Below are positions 20,990-31,957 of a stretch of DNA of 64,000 nt, piece by piece (positions within the stretch are counted from its first letter, which is position 1; every line of letters begins with the position of its first letter). The notes beneath the pieces were generated by a model. It did not search any database, had not been told where the DNA came from, and saw only the letters and a program-made list of their open reading frames with translations. The position numbers were made by a program, and so were the translations under genes. The stretch is from a virus (Duplodnaviria > Caudoviricetes), in IMG/VR virus record IMGVR_UViG_3300033463_000008. One strand, 5' to 3'.

Positions 20990-22123
20990 TTAAATGGCAA
21001 AACTTCCGAACCCGCCGATGCCACCACCGATGGGCCCGCAGTTAGCCATGCCCATGAACCCGCCATCCTCGACATGTTCAAGAGGCATCGGCTCAGCAGT
21101 CTTCAAGTCATAGATTTCCTGCCGCTCGATAGCCACATCGACATTGTTGATGAGGCTGGTGATATAATGGCGGTCGTAGATCTTGCGACTGTGCCACAAT
21201 GTGCTCTTGTCGCTTCCATTCAGGCGCATCACCTGCATAAGGCACTTTTTCGCCATATGGTAGTTCTTGGTAATGAACTGGTACCGGGCGCGGTAGAAAT
21301 ACCCTTCCGGACGGTCGGGATATTCCTCAATCATCTGCATAGCCCTTGCGCCGAGGTCTTCAAGGTCCGGAACGCCAATCAGGTAAATTTCACAGATGGT
21401 TTCCAGGGACTTGAACCGGTTTTCGTTATTCACCGTCGGGAACTCGTCGACTACGACAGCATACCACTCGGCAGCCTTTCCAAGGTCCTTCATGTCCTTG
21501 TAGGAGTTTCCAAGATAGAACGCCCCTCGCTGAGTACGGTCCTGCTTCCAGGCCTTTTCGAGGGCCTTTAGGTTACGGCGGACATCGCGGGTATTCTTGT
21601 AATTCTCGAATACATAGCGAATCCTGACGCCATTCGTGTGGCCATTGGGATCTTCCATCGTTTCGTGAATCATTCCGGTAAAATGCGCCTTGTCCCTGCG
21701 CATGATGCGCACTCGCGGGAACTGGAAGGTGCTGGACACCTTGGTGTCCATTACGATGCTCGCTTCCGGATTCTTGGCAACGATGGCCTCAAACTCCCTG
21801 CGGGCTCCCCTGCCATCCTTCAGGATGTCATTTGCGTCCACCCACATGACATAGTCGCAGTGGGCGAGCGAGATGGCATAGTTCTTTGCCGCCCCGAAGT
21901 CGAATATGCCGTCCTCATCATGAAACTTGCTTCCGACTTCATCGACAATGAAACCAGGATTCTGGTGCTTTGTACGCCACTCCTTAATCAATTCCACCGT
22001 ACCGTCGGTAGAACCGGTGTCCACGATGACATACTCGTTCGCCATAGGAAGGAGGGCATCAAGACATTTGACGATGCTACCCTTCCCATTCCGGATTACT
22101 ATGCAGGCACTGAGTGTAGCCAT
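20990..22123 (-). CDS. GT2-family glycosyltransferase with C-terminal TPR repeats
   Basis: LSACIVIRN..IVDTGSTDGT, DFGAAKNYA, WVDAND (DxD-type motif), FTGMIHE; TPR-like FYLGNSYKD / YPDRPEGYFY. Confidence 0.9.
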   Translation of the reverse strand: MATLSACIVIRNGKGSIVKCLDALLPMANEYVIVDTGSTDGTVELIKEWRTKHQNPGFIVDEVGSKFHDEDGIFDFGAAKNYAISLAHCDYVMWVDANDILKDGRGARREFEAIVAKNPEASIVMDTKVSSTFQFPRVRIMRRDKAHFTGMIHETMEDPNGHTNGVRIRYVFENYKNTRDVRRNLKALEKAWKQDRTQRGAFYLGNSYKDMKDLGKAAEWYAVVVDEFPTVNNENRFKSLETICEIYLIGVPDLEDLGARAMQMIEEYPDRPEGYFYRARYQFITKNYHMAKKCLMQVMRLNGSDKSTLWHSRKIYDRHYITSLINNVDVAIERQEIYDLKTAEPMPLEHVEDGGFMGMANCGPIGGGIGGFGSFAI

Positions 22124-22125
22124 GC

Positions 22126-22620
22126 TTATTCCCTTACGATACCGTTACCGTCGTTGAACAAGACATTCCAAACCTGCCAATCGTCACGGTCGATGATAAT
22201 CGGCGGGAGTTCATCCGGAGTAATCGTCCTGAGTTCAACTTCAATGTCTTCAGCAAGCGTTTCGTTGCGAGCCTTGTTGATTTCGTCCTGGGCCTTGATG
22301 GCATCTTCATACGGTTCAGCATAGACCTTGATGCGTTCTTCAAGCGCACTCATCTGTTCCTTGTCAAGCTTGGCCAAGTCGGCATTGGTATTGACACCGG
22401 CGTCATGGAGGATCTTGAGACGGCCACGTTCGTATTCAACCCACTTTTCATCATTCGGGAAGCCTTCATCAATTTCCTTGGCTTCTTCGTTGCACCGCTT
22501 CATGTTGACCGAGAATGCATAGCGGACCTTACTCGGAATCGGGTTGCCGAAAATCTTGTCGGCGTTTGCGAAGATGCTGCGGAGTTCAAAAAGATAGCTG
22601 CGCTTTACTGTCATTTTCAT
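22126..22620 (-). CDS. Helical phage protein (DUF1617-like; possible fibre chaperone)
   Basis: KVRYAFSVNMKRC..YERGRLKIL pattern resembles small phage proteins found next to tail-fibre genes. Confidence 0.5.
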   Translation of the reverse strand: MKMTVKRSYLFELRSIFANADKIFGNPIPSKVRYAFSVNMKRCNEEAKEIDEGFPNDEKWVEYERGRLKILHDAGVNTNADLAKLDKEQMSALEERIKVYAEPYEDAIKAQDEINKARNETLAEDIEVELRTITPDELPPIIIDRDDWQVWNVLFNDGNGIVRE

Positions 22621-22656
22621 AAGGGTTTCTTCCTTGTTACGCTTTGTTACGCCAAA

Positions 22657-22665
22657 AAACTACAT
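22657..22665 (-). promoter_or_regulatory. Second-class promoter box ATGTAGTTT
   Basis: Same 9-mer at 49373-49381 and 56999-57007; GTAGTTT at 44367-44373; all upstream of minus-strand genes. Confidence 0.55.
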
Positions 22666-22674
22666 CAGATGTGG

Positions 22675-22701
22675 AAAACCGTCCGAAGTTCGGACGGTTT
22701 T
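22675..22701 (-). terminator. Intrinsic terminator
   Basis: aaaaccgtccgaa-g-ttcggacggtttt right after the stop of 22707..26807. Confidence 0.85.
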
Positions 22702-22706
22702 TTGAT

Positions 22707-25700
22707 TTAAGCAAGCTGGGTGACCATAAATACCGGTTTTGAGGTAATTTCCCCAGGTTCAGTGTACTCAACTTTCCGAAGCAGATAGCTATGACCAGAC
22801 GACAATGTGTGCTCGCCAATCAAGTCGCCAATTGCATCACCGTATGTTCCAGTCGATATACCTTGCACAGTAACCGTTCCATCTGATCCATCCTTTACGA
22901 CCACACAGCATTCATCACCGTAGTTCATACGGTTGCCGTTGCGCAATATTGTAATATTCGCTCCATTGCTGCAGCCAACAATATAATGCATTCCCTTTAT
23001 CGGATCAATATTTTCATCAGCGGTGCAGTTCTCGTAATTTAGTCCCCCGTCAAACTGCGTGTTGGTCGAAGGAACATTCCTGCGCAGCACAAGATGCATC
23101 GTACCATCAAGTTCCTGCTCACTGTCAATTGCGAGGACCATGCCGCCATATGGACAAGTCGTCGTGCCAGTGATGGAAGTTGGACACAGCAAGTTGGCGG
23201 ACCCCCAGCCAATTACTGGGTTTGCATTAATGTACGCCACCGGTTTTGATTCATGACCAAGTTTAATTAACCCATAGTTATCCTTGCCAGTACCTGTCGG
23301 CTGCCCAGCCAGTGCAATACCGCCTGTATAAACCATCGGCGCATTCGGCTTAGTAATCATGGTTCGGATTTTTGCACGAGTTTTTCCGACAAACGGGTCG
23401 TTATAACCATACAATGGATGACCTCGATATATATCATCTTCCTGCTGGTCAAGCTCTGCCATTGCCGTAACCGGACCCCAGTCATCGGAGCCATACCCGG
23501 TTTCGGTTCTGTAATTTTCCCATATCGTAAGACCGTTAACTGGATCGTATTGAACCCATGCACGCTTGTAATTTTCAAAATAGCACGGATCAATATGGAA
23601 CGGTTCATTGTTTGCGCTTATATTACTAAATCCAATTGACCAAGTTTGATGTAGAGTACCGTCATATGGAATTGAGTTGTATTTCACCGGATGCGGGAAA
23701 ACGCCCAATATCGCCGGAAGGTTATTATCGTATGCATCGGTAAGGTTTACAATAGCATTGTTAAACGAATGCGTTGCATATGGATCGGTAGAATCCAATT
23801 CCAGTGTAATGCCACTACCAAAGATATGCGTGTCTTTCATGGATGGATACACCGGTCTGCCATCCGATGCCAGATATGCCTGACCATTGATAGTCGTTTC
23901 ATTTGCGAATATGCTCACATTAGCGATACCGAGTTTTTCAACAGTATTGGAGTTGCCTACAACGGACAGGTTGCAAGTATCAATGCTATCAATGGCATTC
24001 TGCCCACCCAAGATAAGCGAATATTTCAGTTTCTCCGGGTTAAGACGGGCAAACCGGGCATTATACTCGCCAACCGTACGGTCGTAGTAATTCGCGGTAA
24101 AAATCACTTGCTTCTTTGAGTTATAGGTAATCACGCCATCGGCATCGACAAATATGCCAGCATAGATGCCGTCGCTCTCACCGCTAAGCACCTGGTCAAC
24201 GTAACCGCCAAGTCCGTCAGAAATCTTAATGGTCCCGTCACCAAGAATTACGTAATGGGCATTGAGAGTCAAATCACCATCACTAACATGCTGATTGAAC
24301 TCATCCGGTGTCATCACCTTGTCATCTTTCCAATCAGAAGCACCAATGGTGCTGCCGACAATGATGGAACCGACAGAGTTGTTTGGAATATGCATTTGAC
24401 TGCCTATGGCAACAACACTGTCAATATTCTCACCATACACGTTACTGTCACCAATCAAGATGGAAGACCGTGCACCAAGTACCGGGTTACCGCCCTCATG
24501 TGTCAAGGTATTGTTGATGGAGAAATGTCCGAGTTCGGAATTTCCAGTTGACATGAGAATAGATGTCTGAAGGCGCTGGCTGATACAGCCGCCCACCTGC
24601 ATGGCACATTGCATTTCAGGAGATTTTGGTGTTTCGGAATGGAATGTACACCACGTTTCCAGATTATGTGTCAAGTAATTGTGCGTATTGCCAGCAATAT
24701 TCAGCGAACTATAAAAGTTGATATTTCTATCCAGGTCATCTGCATCATGGCCTTCCGTGTACACTTTATCATACCCATCACCAATGGCAATGGAATTATG
24801 CATCTGGCCACGGACACGGAATTCCGGGTCATCACCAGTACGCAACACAAGTGCATTTCTTGCGGCATCGTACATTGGAGTTTTACCAAGCTGCATATCG
24901 CCGATGAGCAAGGAGCCCCGTACATCGCTCACGGAACCAACAAAGCTACCACCCAGGATAGATTGGTGTACGCCTGACAACTCAGACGGTTCATCGGTAC
25001 TGTTAAACCCATTGCCAAACAGAACAGATCCGTCGCATTCGGATACGCTGTAACCGGATGCGCCAAGCATGGTAACGCCGGAAGAGTCCTTGCACCTGAC
25101 ATTTTCCGAACCCAATATCGTAGTGTAGTCACTATTGCTGTATGCAAGCTTTCCCTGGACAATGGAATTTTCGCCGGATGCCGCAGTAAAGTCGCCAAGT
25201 ACGAGAGAATTCGATCCAACCGAGTATCCGCTGGCAAACATGCTTTCCGGTGTATCGTCATCGCCAAACGGAGAGACAATGCCTCGGCCATCGCCTTCCT
25301 CGCAGGTATAGATGCCACGAACTGCACCTGGCTTGCCAATGCCATCGACAAGATTTTTCAGGTAGTCATGGGTATGGTTCCTCGGTGCATACTGGTCCTG
25401 GTTGGTCGTCTGGGCACAGCATTCCCGGCCTGCACTGCCAACCTGCTGCTTAATCGCATTCATTTCAAGGGAAAGGTCAGTAACCGCCTCTGAAATGCTT
25501 GCCGATGCCAAGAGCTGATTCTTGTACCATGTAGTGGCATCATTTTCATAAAGGTTGTAGTACACCGCAGTGCTAGTTTCCAGTTCCGATTCATCGGGAA
25601 CATGGATAATGAAATCAAGGCCGAACTTGGCAACACCGCCTTCATTGGGATTATCCGATATGATGGTGTCATTGACATCGGCAACGGCAACCAACATCGG

Positions 25701-26807
25701 TTCCGCATCTCCGTCAATTTCGAACTGGACCTTCTGGAGGTTGCACCCTTCGGCATCACGGTCGGTAGAATAACGATGAATTGACATCGGTACTGCATAG
25801 ATACCAACACGGTTAAACCTGAAGCTAATATGCTTGGACGTGTACAGTTCCTGGTTTTCAGCATCCTGGTCATCGCCAGAATCGCCAGCTTCATAGTTAA
25901 GGGCGGTGTACCCAACATCCGATGTAATCGGTGTCAAATCAATGGTGTACTTGATTGCTGTTGCATTCGGGGACGTATTCTTGGTTTCGGCAACCTTCTT
26001 CCCATTGTCATTGACCACCGTATAATGGCTAATCGGGAAATACTTGGTAGCCTTGCTCATGTTGTGGCACGAAGATACGGAAGACACTCCATATCCTTCG
26101 CTGCTTACCGGGCCATGGAACTTGTTGAAGTTTGAAATGGATTGTAAAAGTGGCAAATCATTCTTATCAACAACCGGATCAGACTGCGTATTTGCAGAAT
26201 CTTGCCAGCCATACGGGCCACTTGACCTAGTGCCGACATAGTAACGATAGTCGGCAGAAACCATAGGATCTTCGCTGTTTCCGGAATTCGGCACATTTCC
26301 TACATCAGGTTCTCCGCGATAGTACAGCGGAGCCGGGATAGGAAGCCCAACATCTTCTTCAGCATCGTCATTATCGGTTACACCGTAATAAACAGCCGCA
26401 CCCTTTCTTACCAGGGTATTTTCGCCATGGCCATCACTCACGCTTTCCCATGCAACCAGCGTGTTGCGCGGTTTTTTCGTTACGCCATCACCCGGCACAT
26501 AGACATACCGGTAGTTGGTACGGATGCTCTTGTCATACAGTGTAAGGCCAAACAGTGATGCAGCGGCGGTGTCATCTGGGTTTTCGGTGGCATACCCATT
26601 GACCATATCACCCTGCCAGATGTTATAAATTACGTCACCAGTCGATGTAAGCTTACTATACTTTGCCGCATCAGCTAGCGAGTCAACCTTCCTATTCGGA
26701 ACATAGGCCAACGCATAGTAGCCAATCCAATATTTAGGAGCTCCTGCCGCATCGTCAAGCGGGGTAAGCAAATTTCTGCCAAGTTCGGTCAATTTGATGT
26801 TTGTCAT
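22707..26807 (-). CDS. Baseplate-attached tail fibre/spike protein
   Basis: N-terminal KLTELGRNLL and FNRVGIYA resemble fibre-attachment (tail-collar/DUF3751-like) domains; central coiled coil; beta-helix-like SxxIG repeats. Confidence 0.65.
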   Translation of the reverse strand: MTNIKLTELGRNLLTPLDDAAGAPKYWIGYYALAYVPNRKVDSLADAAKYSKLTSTGDVIYNIWQGDMVNGYATENPDDTAAASLFGLTLYDKSIRTNYRYVYVPGDGVTKKPRNTLVAWESVSDGHGENTLVRKGAAVYYGVTDNDDAEEDVGLPIPAPLYYRGEPDVGNVPNSGNSEDPMVSADYRYYVGTRSSGPYGWQDSANTQSDPVVDKNDLPLLQSISNFNKFHGPVSSEGYGVSSVSSCHNMSKATKYFPISHYTVVNDNGKKVAETKNTSPNATAIKYTIDLTPITSDVGYTALNYEAGDSGDDQDAENQELYTSKHISFRFNRVGIYAVPMSIHRYSTDRDAEGCNLQKVQFEIDGDAEPMLVAVADVNDTIISDNPNEGGVAKFGLDFIIHVPDESELETSTAVYYNLYENDATTWYKNQLLASASISEAVTDLSLEMNAIKQQVGSAGRECCAQTTNQDQYAPRNHTHDYLKNLVDGIGKPGAVRGIYTCEEGDGRGIVSPFGDDDTPESMFASGYSVGSNSLVLGDFTAASGENSIVQGKLAYSNSDYTTILGSENVRCKDSSGVTMLGASGYSVSECDGSVLFGNGFNSTDEPSELSGVHQSILGGSFVGSVSDVRGSLLIGDMQLGKTPMYDAARNALVLRTGDDPEFRVRGQMHNSIAIGDGYDKVYTEGHDADDLDRNINFYSSLNIAGNTHNYLTHNLETWCTFHSETPKSPEMQCAMQVGGCISQRLQTSILMSTGNSELGHFSINNTLTHEGGNPVLGARSSILIGDSNVYGENIDSVVAIGSQMHIPNNSVGSIIVGSTIGASDWKDDKVMTPDEFNQHVSDGDLTLNAHYVILGDGTIKISDGLGGYVDQVLSGESDGIYAGIFVDADGVITYNSKKQVIFTANYYDRTVGEYNARFARLNPEKLKYSLILGGQNAIDSIDTCNLSVVGNSNTVEKLGIANVSIFANETTINGQAYLASDGRPVYPSMKDTHIFGSGITLELDSTDPYATHSFNNAIVNLTDAYDNNLPAILGVFPHPVKYNSIPYDGTLHQTWSIGFSNISANNEPFHIDPCYFENYKRAWVQYDPVNGLTIWENYRTETGYGSDDWGPVTAMAELDQQEDDIYRGHPLYGYNDPFVGKTRAKIRTMITKPNAPMVYTGGIALAGQPTGTGKDNYGLIKLGHESKPVAYINANPVIGWGSANLLCPTSITGTTTCPYGGMVLAIDSEQELDGTMHLVLRRNVPSTNTQFDGGLNYENCTADENIDPIKGMHYIVGCSNGANITILRNGNRMNYGDECCVVVKDGSDGTVTVQGISTGTYGDAIGDLIGEHTLSSGHSYLLRKVEYTEPGEITSKPVFMVTQLA

Positions 26808-26837
26808 ACGATTATAAACCCAGTTTTTACGAAAACT

Positions 26838-26845
26838 AGTTTATA
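26838..26845 (-). promoter_or_regulatory. Late box TATAAACT
   Basis: Recurring octamer upstream of 26807. Confidence 0.75.
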
Positions 26846-26866
26846 ATCTATGGCCTCACCAAACCG

Positions 26867-29800
26867 CTAGAAAGCGCAATTAGTCAGTTCCGGATCGATG
26901 TATTCCGGTTCAATGACTTCATCATCCTCGTCATCCTCATTGCATCCAATTGCCGCGCCGAATTCGGTTATTGAGACAACCGGCCCTTCAATCTGGGGAT
27001 ACAGGTTGATTTCATCGACATAGCGGACGATGATATCTCGGAAGACTACGTTAATCGGCTTCCATACGCGAATCTGTTCCTTGATGCGCTTAATGTCGTC
27101 AGCCTGTATAGAAAACTGCGGGAACCGGGAATCGTCAGTAAGCTCGATGTCGATATAGGGGGTGGATACCCACGTACCTTCAAGAGTACCATTTGTCGTA
27201 TCCTCCCTAAGGCGGTTTTCCACTTCGGCACGGTTCAGCATTTCATCATACGGGTGCATGGTGTTGGTGTACAGAGTAAGCACTTCGCCTATGACACCAA
27301 AGGCGCCCATAAGCATCTTCAACCCGGCATTAGTGCCACCAAGGGCATAATACTGGGGCAAGTTGAGCACGGCTTCCCTAATCGCAGCTTCCTGCTGCTT
27401 TACCGTCCTGTACAGGTTGCTGGTCTGCACATCCTCCGCCATCGGCGTAAGATCGTAGCCCATGAACCTGGCGAGGTAGCCGATAAGCTCGAAGTCAATC
27501 ACATTCGCATCGCGGAGATATGCCAGACGCTCAATCTTTTCTATGAGCGGATATTTCATGTCAGGCACACCCTTGAAGGAACGCTTCATGTCATCCCTGG
27601 GTGCCACGTTCGCATAATCTTCTGCGGACGAATATTCAGCATTGGGGTCACGGGTAGTATCCATGTTATCTATTGCCGGTTTCGCAAATATCGGGTTTCT
27701 AACCATGTACATGCGGGACGCATAAGCCCACTGGGTAGACTTTGCGACATCCACGTCGGAATAGGTGGTATACTTGTATTCATCCACATCCTCGTCGGCA
27801 TCGGCATCCATGAAGTAGCTATTGCGGTACTCATCGACACTGATTTTCCGAATCTTGACGATACGCTTCTTTTTGAGAATGCTCCACCTGGAACCTTCGC
27901 GGACAAGGTAGGACATGCGCTCGGACGGAACAAGCTGTCCAGCCGCAATGACAATGTCGCCGTTGCGGAACTGATACTTTTCGCCATCTATGCTGTCAAG
28001 ACGCATGAAATATTCACCATAGCGCTTCACGATATTGTCGCTACCCGGAAGGGTAATCACGCCACGGTTGATTGACATCCCCGGCACATAGTTGCCAAAG
28101 ACAATCTTCACACCCACATTCATCTTGTCAGGAACCGACACCACCTTGCCCATCGCATAGTCAGACAGTCCGGTCGTCTCGTCAAACCTGTCAAATGCCG
28201 TACCCAGAACAACATAGTCGCCAACAGCCAATCCATGTTCATATTCGCATAGCAAGGTCTCCACGCCATTGTCGTAAGCGACCCTGTTCGTAGTGTTCTT
28301 GCCGGTAAATGTAGCCTGGGAACTGGTCTTTTCCCATTCGACTTCATCCACGGTAAACTTGTACCATCGGCATTCCGAGAGCGTCATGTCCAAGTCGCCG
28401 GTCGGGATTCCGACATTGGTGTAGGTATTATACAGGCGCATGGAGATTTCGATGGAGGTCGGGCTGTTTATCGCCTCGACGACATGGTAGCCATTGAAAT
28501 CACTCGGAGTGATGTTTTCAAGCAGCACCACCGTTTTCCCTTCAATGTACTTGCGGTTTTCTGCCGTGAAATGCACCAGGGGTTCGGCAAGATGCACGGT
28601 AGCACGGTCTTCGCCCGTATAGATGATGTCACGAACCTTAATCGGGTCACCCAAAGCAATCGTCGGGTTCGTGTCGGTCACGTCAAACAGGTTGGTTTGC
28701 GAGAACAGGTCAAACGGAGTAACAAGCGCATTGCGCTCCACTTCCGGCCATATGCCGCTTTCAACTTCATAGAATTTGACCGGTTTGTCACTTTCGTCAG
28801 TAATGACCACGATATCGCCAACGGCAATAGGTTTCCTGACCTTGGCTCCATTCACCGGAACAGGAATGCCAGGATTGGAATATTTTACTGTAATCCCGTT
28901 AAACGCCGAATTCACCGAGGCGACCTCATATGGGCCTGCAGGGAACGGGGTGCCGTTCAATTCACAGCCGTCGAGATAGACCATGTCTCCGGCAATCAGA
29001 CCATGAACCCTGTTCTTGAACAGGACGGAAAGCCCTTCGTCGGCATCAGCCGAAATTGCCGCAATTTCAACGAAGTAATCCTGGACATATTCGATGTCGG
29101 CAGCATCATGTTCGCGAAGTGCAAAACAGCTTGTAGCCTTGATTTTGGGGTCTGCCTTGATATTGTAGGTAAAGGTGTCGCCATCGACCACGTCAACAGA
29201 AACCAGCGCCGTATTAAAGTCTATGCTATAGCCCCTCACCTGTGCTTCATTCAGACCAGTGACGGTCACCATTGCACCATCAACTAGTCCATGTGCAGCA
29301 GAATGTATTGTAACCTTCCATGTGCCATCATCGTCAATCCGTTCCGCTCCAATGGACACCGGGTCATCGACATCGACCTTGAATGAGGAAGAACATCCCT
29401 TCGTGACTATAGGATGTGTGTAGGACCATGAGCACCGGTCAAACAGGTCACTGCTGACGATATCCATCACATCGTCCGCAGTCAGGCATTCACCAGTCCC
29501 GCTACGCTCGGTGGTATGGAATTCAACCATGCCGTTCCTGCTCTTCCCGGACATGTTTAGGCTGTCACCGTAGTTAAGGAATTCACGGTGTTCCCATCCG
29601 TATTTTAGAGACTTCTCTTCAACCTTAGTAATATAGAGCGGTGCCATGAAGACTTCCGGGTCGGTAGTATATTCCACCGTCCCTTCATATTCAAGCGACG
29701 TAAACGGCCCATAATAAGGCATGAACGCGTTAAACTTTTCTGCATAGGGTACGCTGTAATGAACGATGCGGTCTTCACCGAACAAATTACTGCTTGAAGC

Positions 29801-31948
29801 TATATTGGGATCGGTGACAACGCAATCCTCGGTACAGCGGTAAACCCTCTTGGTAGCCCTGTCATAGACATATTGGCCCTTCTTGTACTCACCCACTACA
29901 AGCGGATACACTTCATCGCCATCCGAATACACGACCTTGCCTATGCCCATGTTGCCAATTTCATCAGTGAGCATCACGTACGGACGAGTAAACAGGTCTC
30001 CACGGCTCCTGGACCATATGGTCGTCGTAACGCCATCGGCCACATCGACTTGCAACAGATTCCTCACACGGTCATCGGTCTTTTTAAGGATTTCCACGGA
30101 GTACGTGTCATCAGGGACATGGGTGCTGAACGTGCCGTCAGCGGACATACGGACAACCAGTTGTTTGTCCGTGCTATGCAGCACAACAACCGAGCCGCCT
30201 TCCGAAAGTTTGGACTCGTTGACATATCCGGTAGTTATTACATCGGATTCGACAGAGAAATAGCCAACCGTTGCAGCCCTGACTTTTGCGGGGGTTGCGG
30301 TGCGGATTGGACGGATTGGAGCTGAAATCCCTTCCAGCTTCATGGCATAGCCATCGGCTACGGCAGTGAAGGACCTCACTATTGCCAGGTCATCCCAATA
30401 TTTGTTTCCACTCTCGATGTAGATACGGTCACCCAAATCAAATGCCGTCCCAAAATTCCGTGCAATATCTGAATTGAACGGAACAACGATTACATAGCCG
30501 CCATCCATGTATGATTCGTCCGATGAACGGGCAGGATCGTCCTTCTTCACAATATTCAGGGACCCGATTTCCGGGTTGCCTTCGGCGGTACATGCATACG
30601 CGGTCATCTTCGCATCGGGTATGATATTCAGGCCATCCTCGTCCTTGTAGTCAAGCGTTTCAACCATGCCCAGCTTGATAATAGGGGACGCCTGCGTATA
30701 ATCAAGGACACCCCTTCCATAGAACAGCGGAAGGTCGATGAGGACCAGTTCGCCATCGCCATACCCAGAAATGTCCGGCATAGTCCCTGTCGGTATCAGC
30801 CTAAGATCAAGACGGCCACTTTCACGGCTATCCTTGACCACGTTAAACTCACCAAGAATCTGCGAATTTCTCTTTACCGCAAGATACACGGTCCCATTTG
30901 CATATTCAGGGTAGCACGTATCCAGTTCGACCGTAAGTACATTGTCTTCTTCCGTAGGAGTGCCGACAATCGCATATCGGTTAGCTGTTTCAATATAGGA
31001 CGGGTCGGTGCAGGCGTTCGCCGGCATGCAATATTTGTCCAGTCCCTTTATGACAGCTAAATTTCCTCCGCTGGTTTCCGAAAGGTAAATGATTGCCGTT
31101 GGAAATCCGTTTTTCCACTTCCAGCCGTTCTCGCCATCAAAGCGTATCGCAGTCCGCATCTTTCCGGACTGGGTACGTTCCATCCCATAGTAATCGATGA
31201 CAGCCTTCTGTCCACCCGACAGCGTTATTTCCTTCACCGCATTATCAGACTTGACATCAAATATCCTGGCTGTAAAAAACACTTCCTTGTACTGGTTGCC
31301 GTATTCATCACTGTATCCATAACGGGTTTTCACGGTAGACACATCGGATGCCTTGAACGACAGCACCCTGCTGGCTGAGTTGTCGGTATCGGTAAACGGG
31401 TCCTGCGAAGTACCTTCCGGGTCCTTCACAAGAGCATTCGTCTGGGCATCGTAATAGTAGGCAACCACATGACTGGTTTCACCCGCAATGTTGTCGTAGT
31501 TTACGAAGACTACGTCACCGTCATTGAACCAGACGATTCCCGGATCGACCGAAGACGCATTGTCAATGCGGTCAGCTATTTCTGAGCCGTTGTAGTTAAT
31601 CGTGTATGGGGAGAAGCCGGTGTCCTGCCCGAACACGGCGTTCGACTTTACATTGGCACGCGGCACCGACATGAAATTCACATAGTCGCCACGTGCACCC
31701 GCGAGGTCAAGCATCGTACGAAGATACTCCATGCGCTGTATGGCAATATCCACGTTTCCGCTAGTCGTAACGATAGCGAACTCAAACTTTTCAACAGTTT
31801 CAATGTTCCTGTATGCATTGTTGATGTAGTCGCTGAACACCTGCAGTAGCGTAACCACATCCGGTTCGTTTTTCAGATACTCCGGTATGTAGGCGACAAA
31901 ATCACTAAACCGGAACTGACCCCTATCATTGTAAATCGGTGAGCGCAT
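26867..31948 (-). CDS. Baseplate wedge protein (T4 gp7 / P2 gpI-like) with large insertion
   Basis: N-terminal YIPEYLK..LLQVFSDY and C-terminal LIGYLARFMGYDL..LPQYYALGGTNAGLKMLMGAFG..WKPINVVF; follows gp6. Confidence 0.8.
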   Translation of the reverse strand: MRSPIYNDRGQFRFSDFVAYIPEYLKNEPDVVTLLQVFSDYINNAYRNIETVEKFEFAIVTTSGNVDIAIQRMEYLRTMLDLAGARGDYVNFMSVPRANVKSNAVFGQDTGFSPYTINYNGSEIADRIDNASSVDPGIVWFNDGDVVFVNYDNIAGETSHVVAYYYDAQTNALVKDPEGTSQDPFTDTDNSASRVLSFKASDVSTVKTRYGYSDEYGNQYKEVFFTARIFDVKSDNAVKEITLSGGQKAVIDYYGMERTQSGKMRTAIRFDGENGWKWKNGFPTAIIYLSETSGGNLAVIKGLDKYCMPANACTDPSYIETANRYAIVGTPTEEDNVLTVELDTCYPEYANGTVYLAVKRNSQILGEFNVVKDSRESGRLDLRLIPTGTMPDISGYGDGELVLIDLPLFYGRGVLDYTQASPIIKLGMVETLDYKDEDGLNIIPDAKMTAYACTAEGNPEIGSLNIVKKDDPARSSDESYMDGGYVIVVPFNSDIARNFGTAFDLGDRIYIESGNKYWDDLAIVRSFTAVADGYAMKLEGISAPIRPIRTATPAKVRAATVGYFSVESDVITTGYVNESKLSEGGSVVVLHSTDKQLVVRMSADGTFSTHVPDDTYSVEILKKTDDRVRNLLQVDVADGVTTTIWSRSRGDLFTRPYVMLTDEIGNMGIGKVVYSDGDEVYPLVVGEYKKGQYVYDRATKRVYRCTEDCVVTDPNIASSSNLFGEDRIVHYSVPYAEKFNAFMPYYGPFTSLEYEGTVEYTTDPEVFMAPLYITKVEEKSLKYGWEHREFLNYGDSLNMSGKSRNGMVEFHTTERSGTGECLTADDVMDIVSSDLFDRCSWSYTHPIVTKGCSSSFKVDVDDPVSIGAERIDDDGTWKVTIHSAAHGLVDGAMVTVTGLNEAQVRGYSIDFNTALVSVDVVDGDTFTYNIKADPKIKATSCFALREHDAADIEYVQDYFVEIAAISADADEGLSVLFKNRVHGLIAGDMVYLDGCELNGTPFPAGPYEVASVNSAFNGITVKYSNPGIPVPVNGAKVRKPIAVGDIVVITDESDKPVKFYEVESGIWPEVERNALVTPFDLFSQTNLFDVTDTNPTIALGDPIKVRDIIYTGEDRATVHLAEPLVHFTAENRKYIEGKTVVLLENITPSDFNGYHVVEAINSPTSIEISMRLYNTYTNVGIPTGDLDMTLSECRWYKFTVDEVEWEKTSSQATFTGKNTTNRVAYDNGVETLLCEYEHGLAVGDYVVLGTAFDRFDETTGLSDYAMGKVVSVPDKMNVGVKIVFGNYVPGMSINRGVITLPGSDNIVKRYGEYFMRLDSIDGEKYQFRNGDIVIAAGQLVPSERMSYLVREGSRWSILKKKRIVKIRKISVDEYRNSYFMDADADEDVDEYKYTTYSDVDVAKSTQWAYASRMYMVRNPIFAKPAIDNMDTTRDPNAEYSSAEDYANVAPRDDMKRSFKGVPDMKYPLIEKIERLAYLRDANVIDFELIGYLARFMGYDLTPMAEDVQTSNLYRTVKQQEAAIREAVLNLPQYYALGGTNAGLKMLMGAFGVIGEVLTLYTNTMHPYDEMLNRAEVENRLREDTTNGTLEGTWVSTPYIDIELTDDSRFPQFSIQADDIKRIKEQIRVWKPINVVFRDIIVRYVDEINLYPQIEGPVVSITEFGAAIGCNEDDEDDEVIEPEYIDPELTNCAF

Positions 31949-31957
31949 CTACATCCC

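Noticed and set aside
22634-22652. TTGTTACGC tandem repeat as an operator
   Set aside because: Only two copies and not seen elsewhere; cannot be distinguished from chance.
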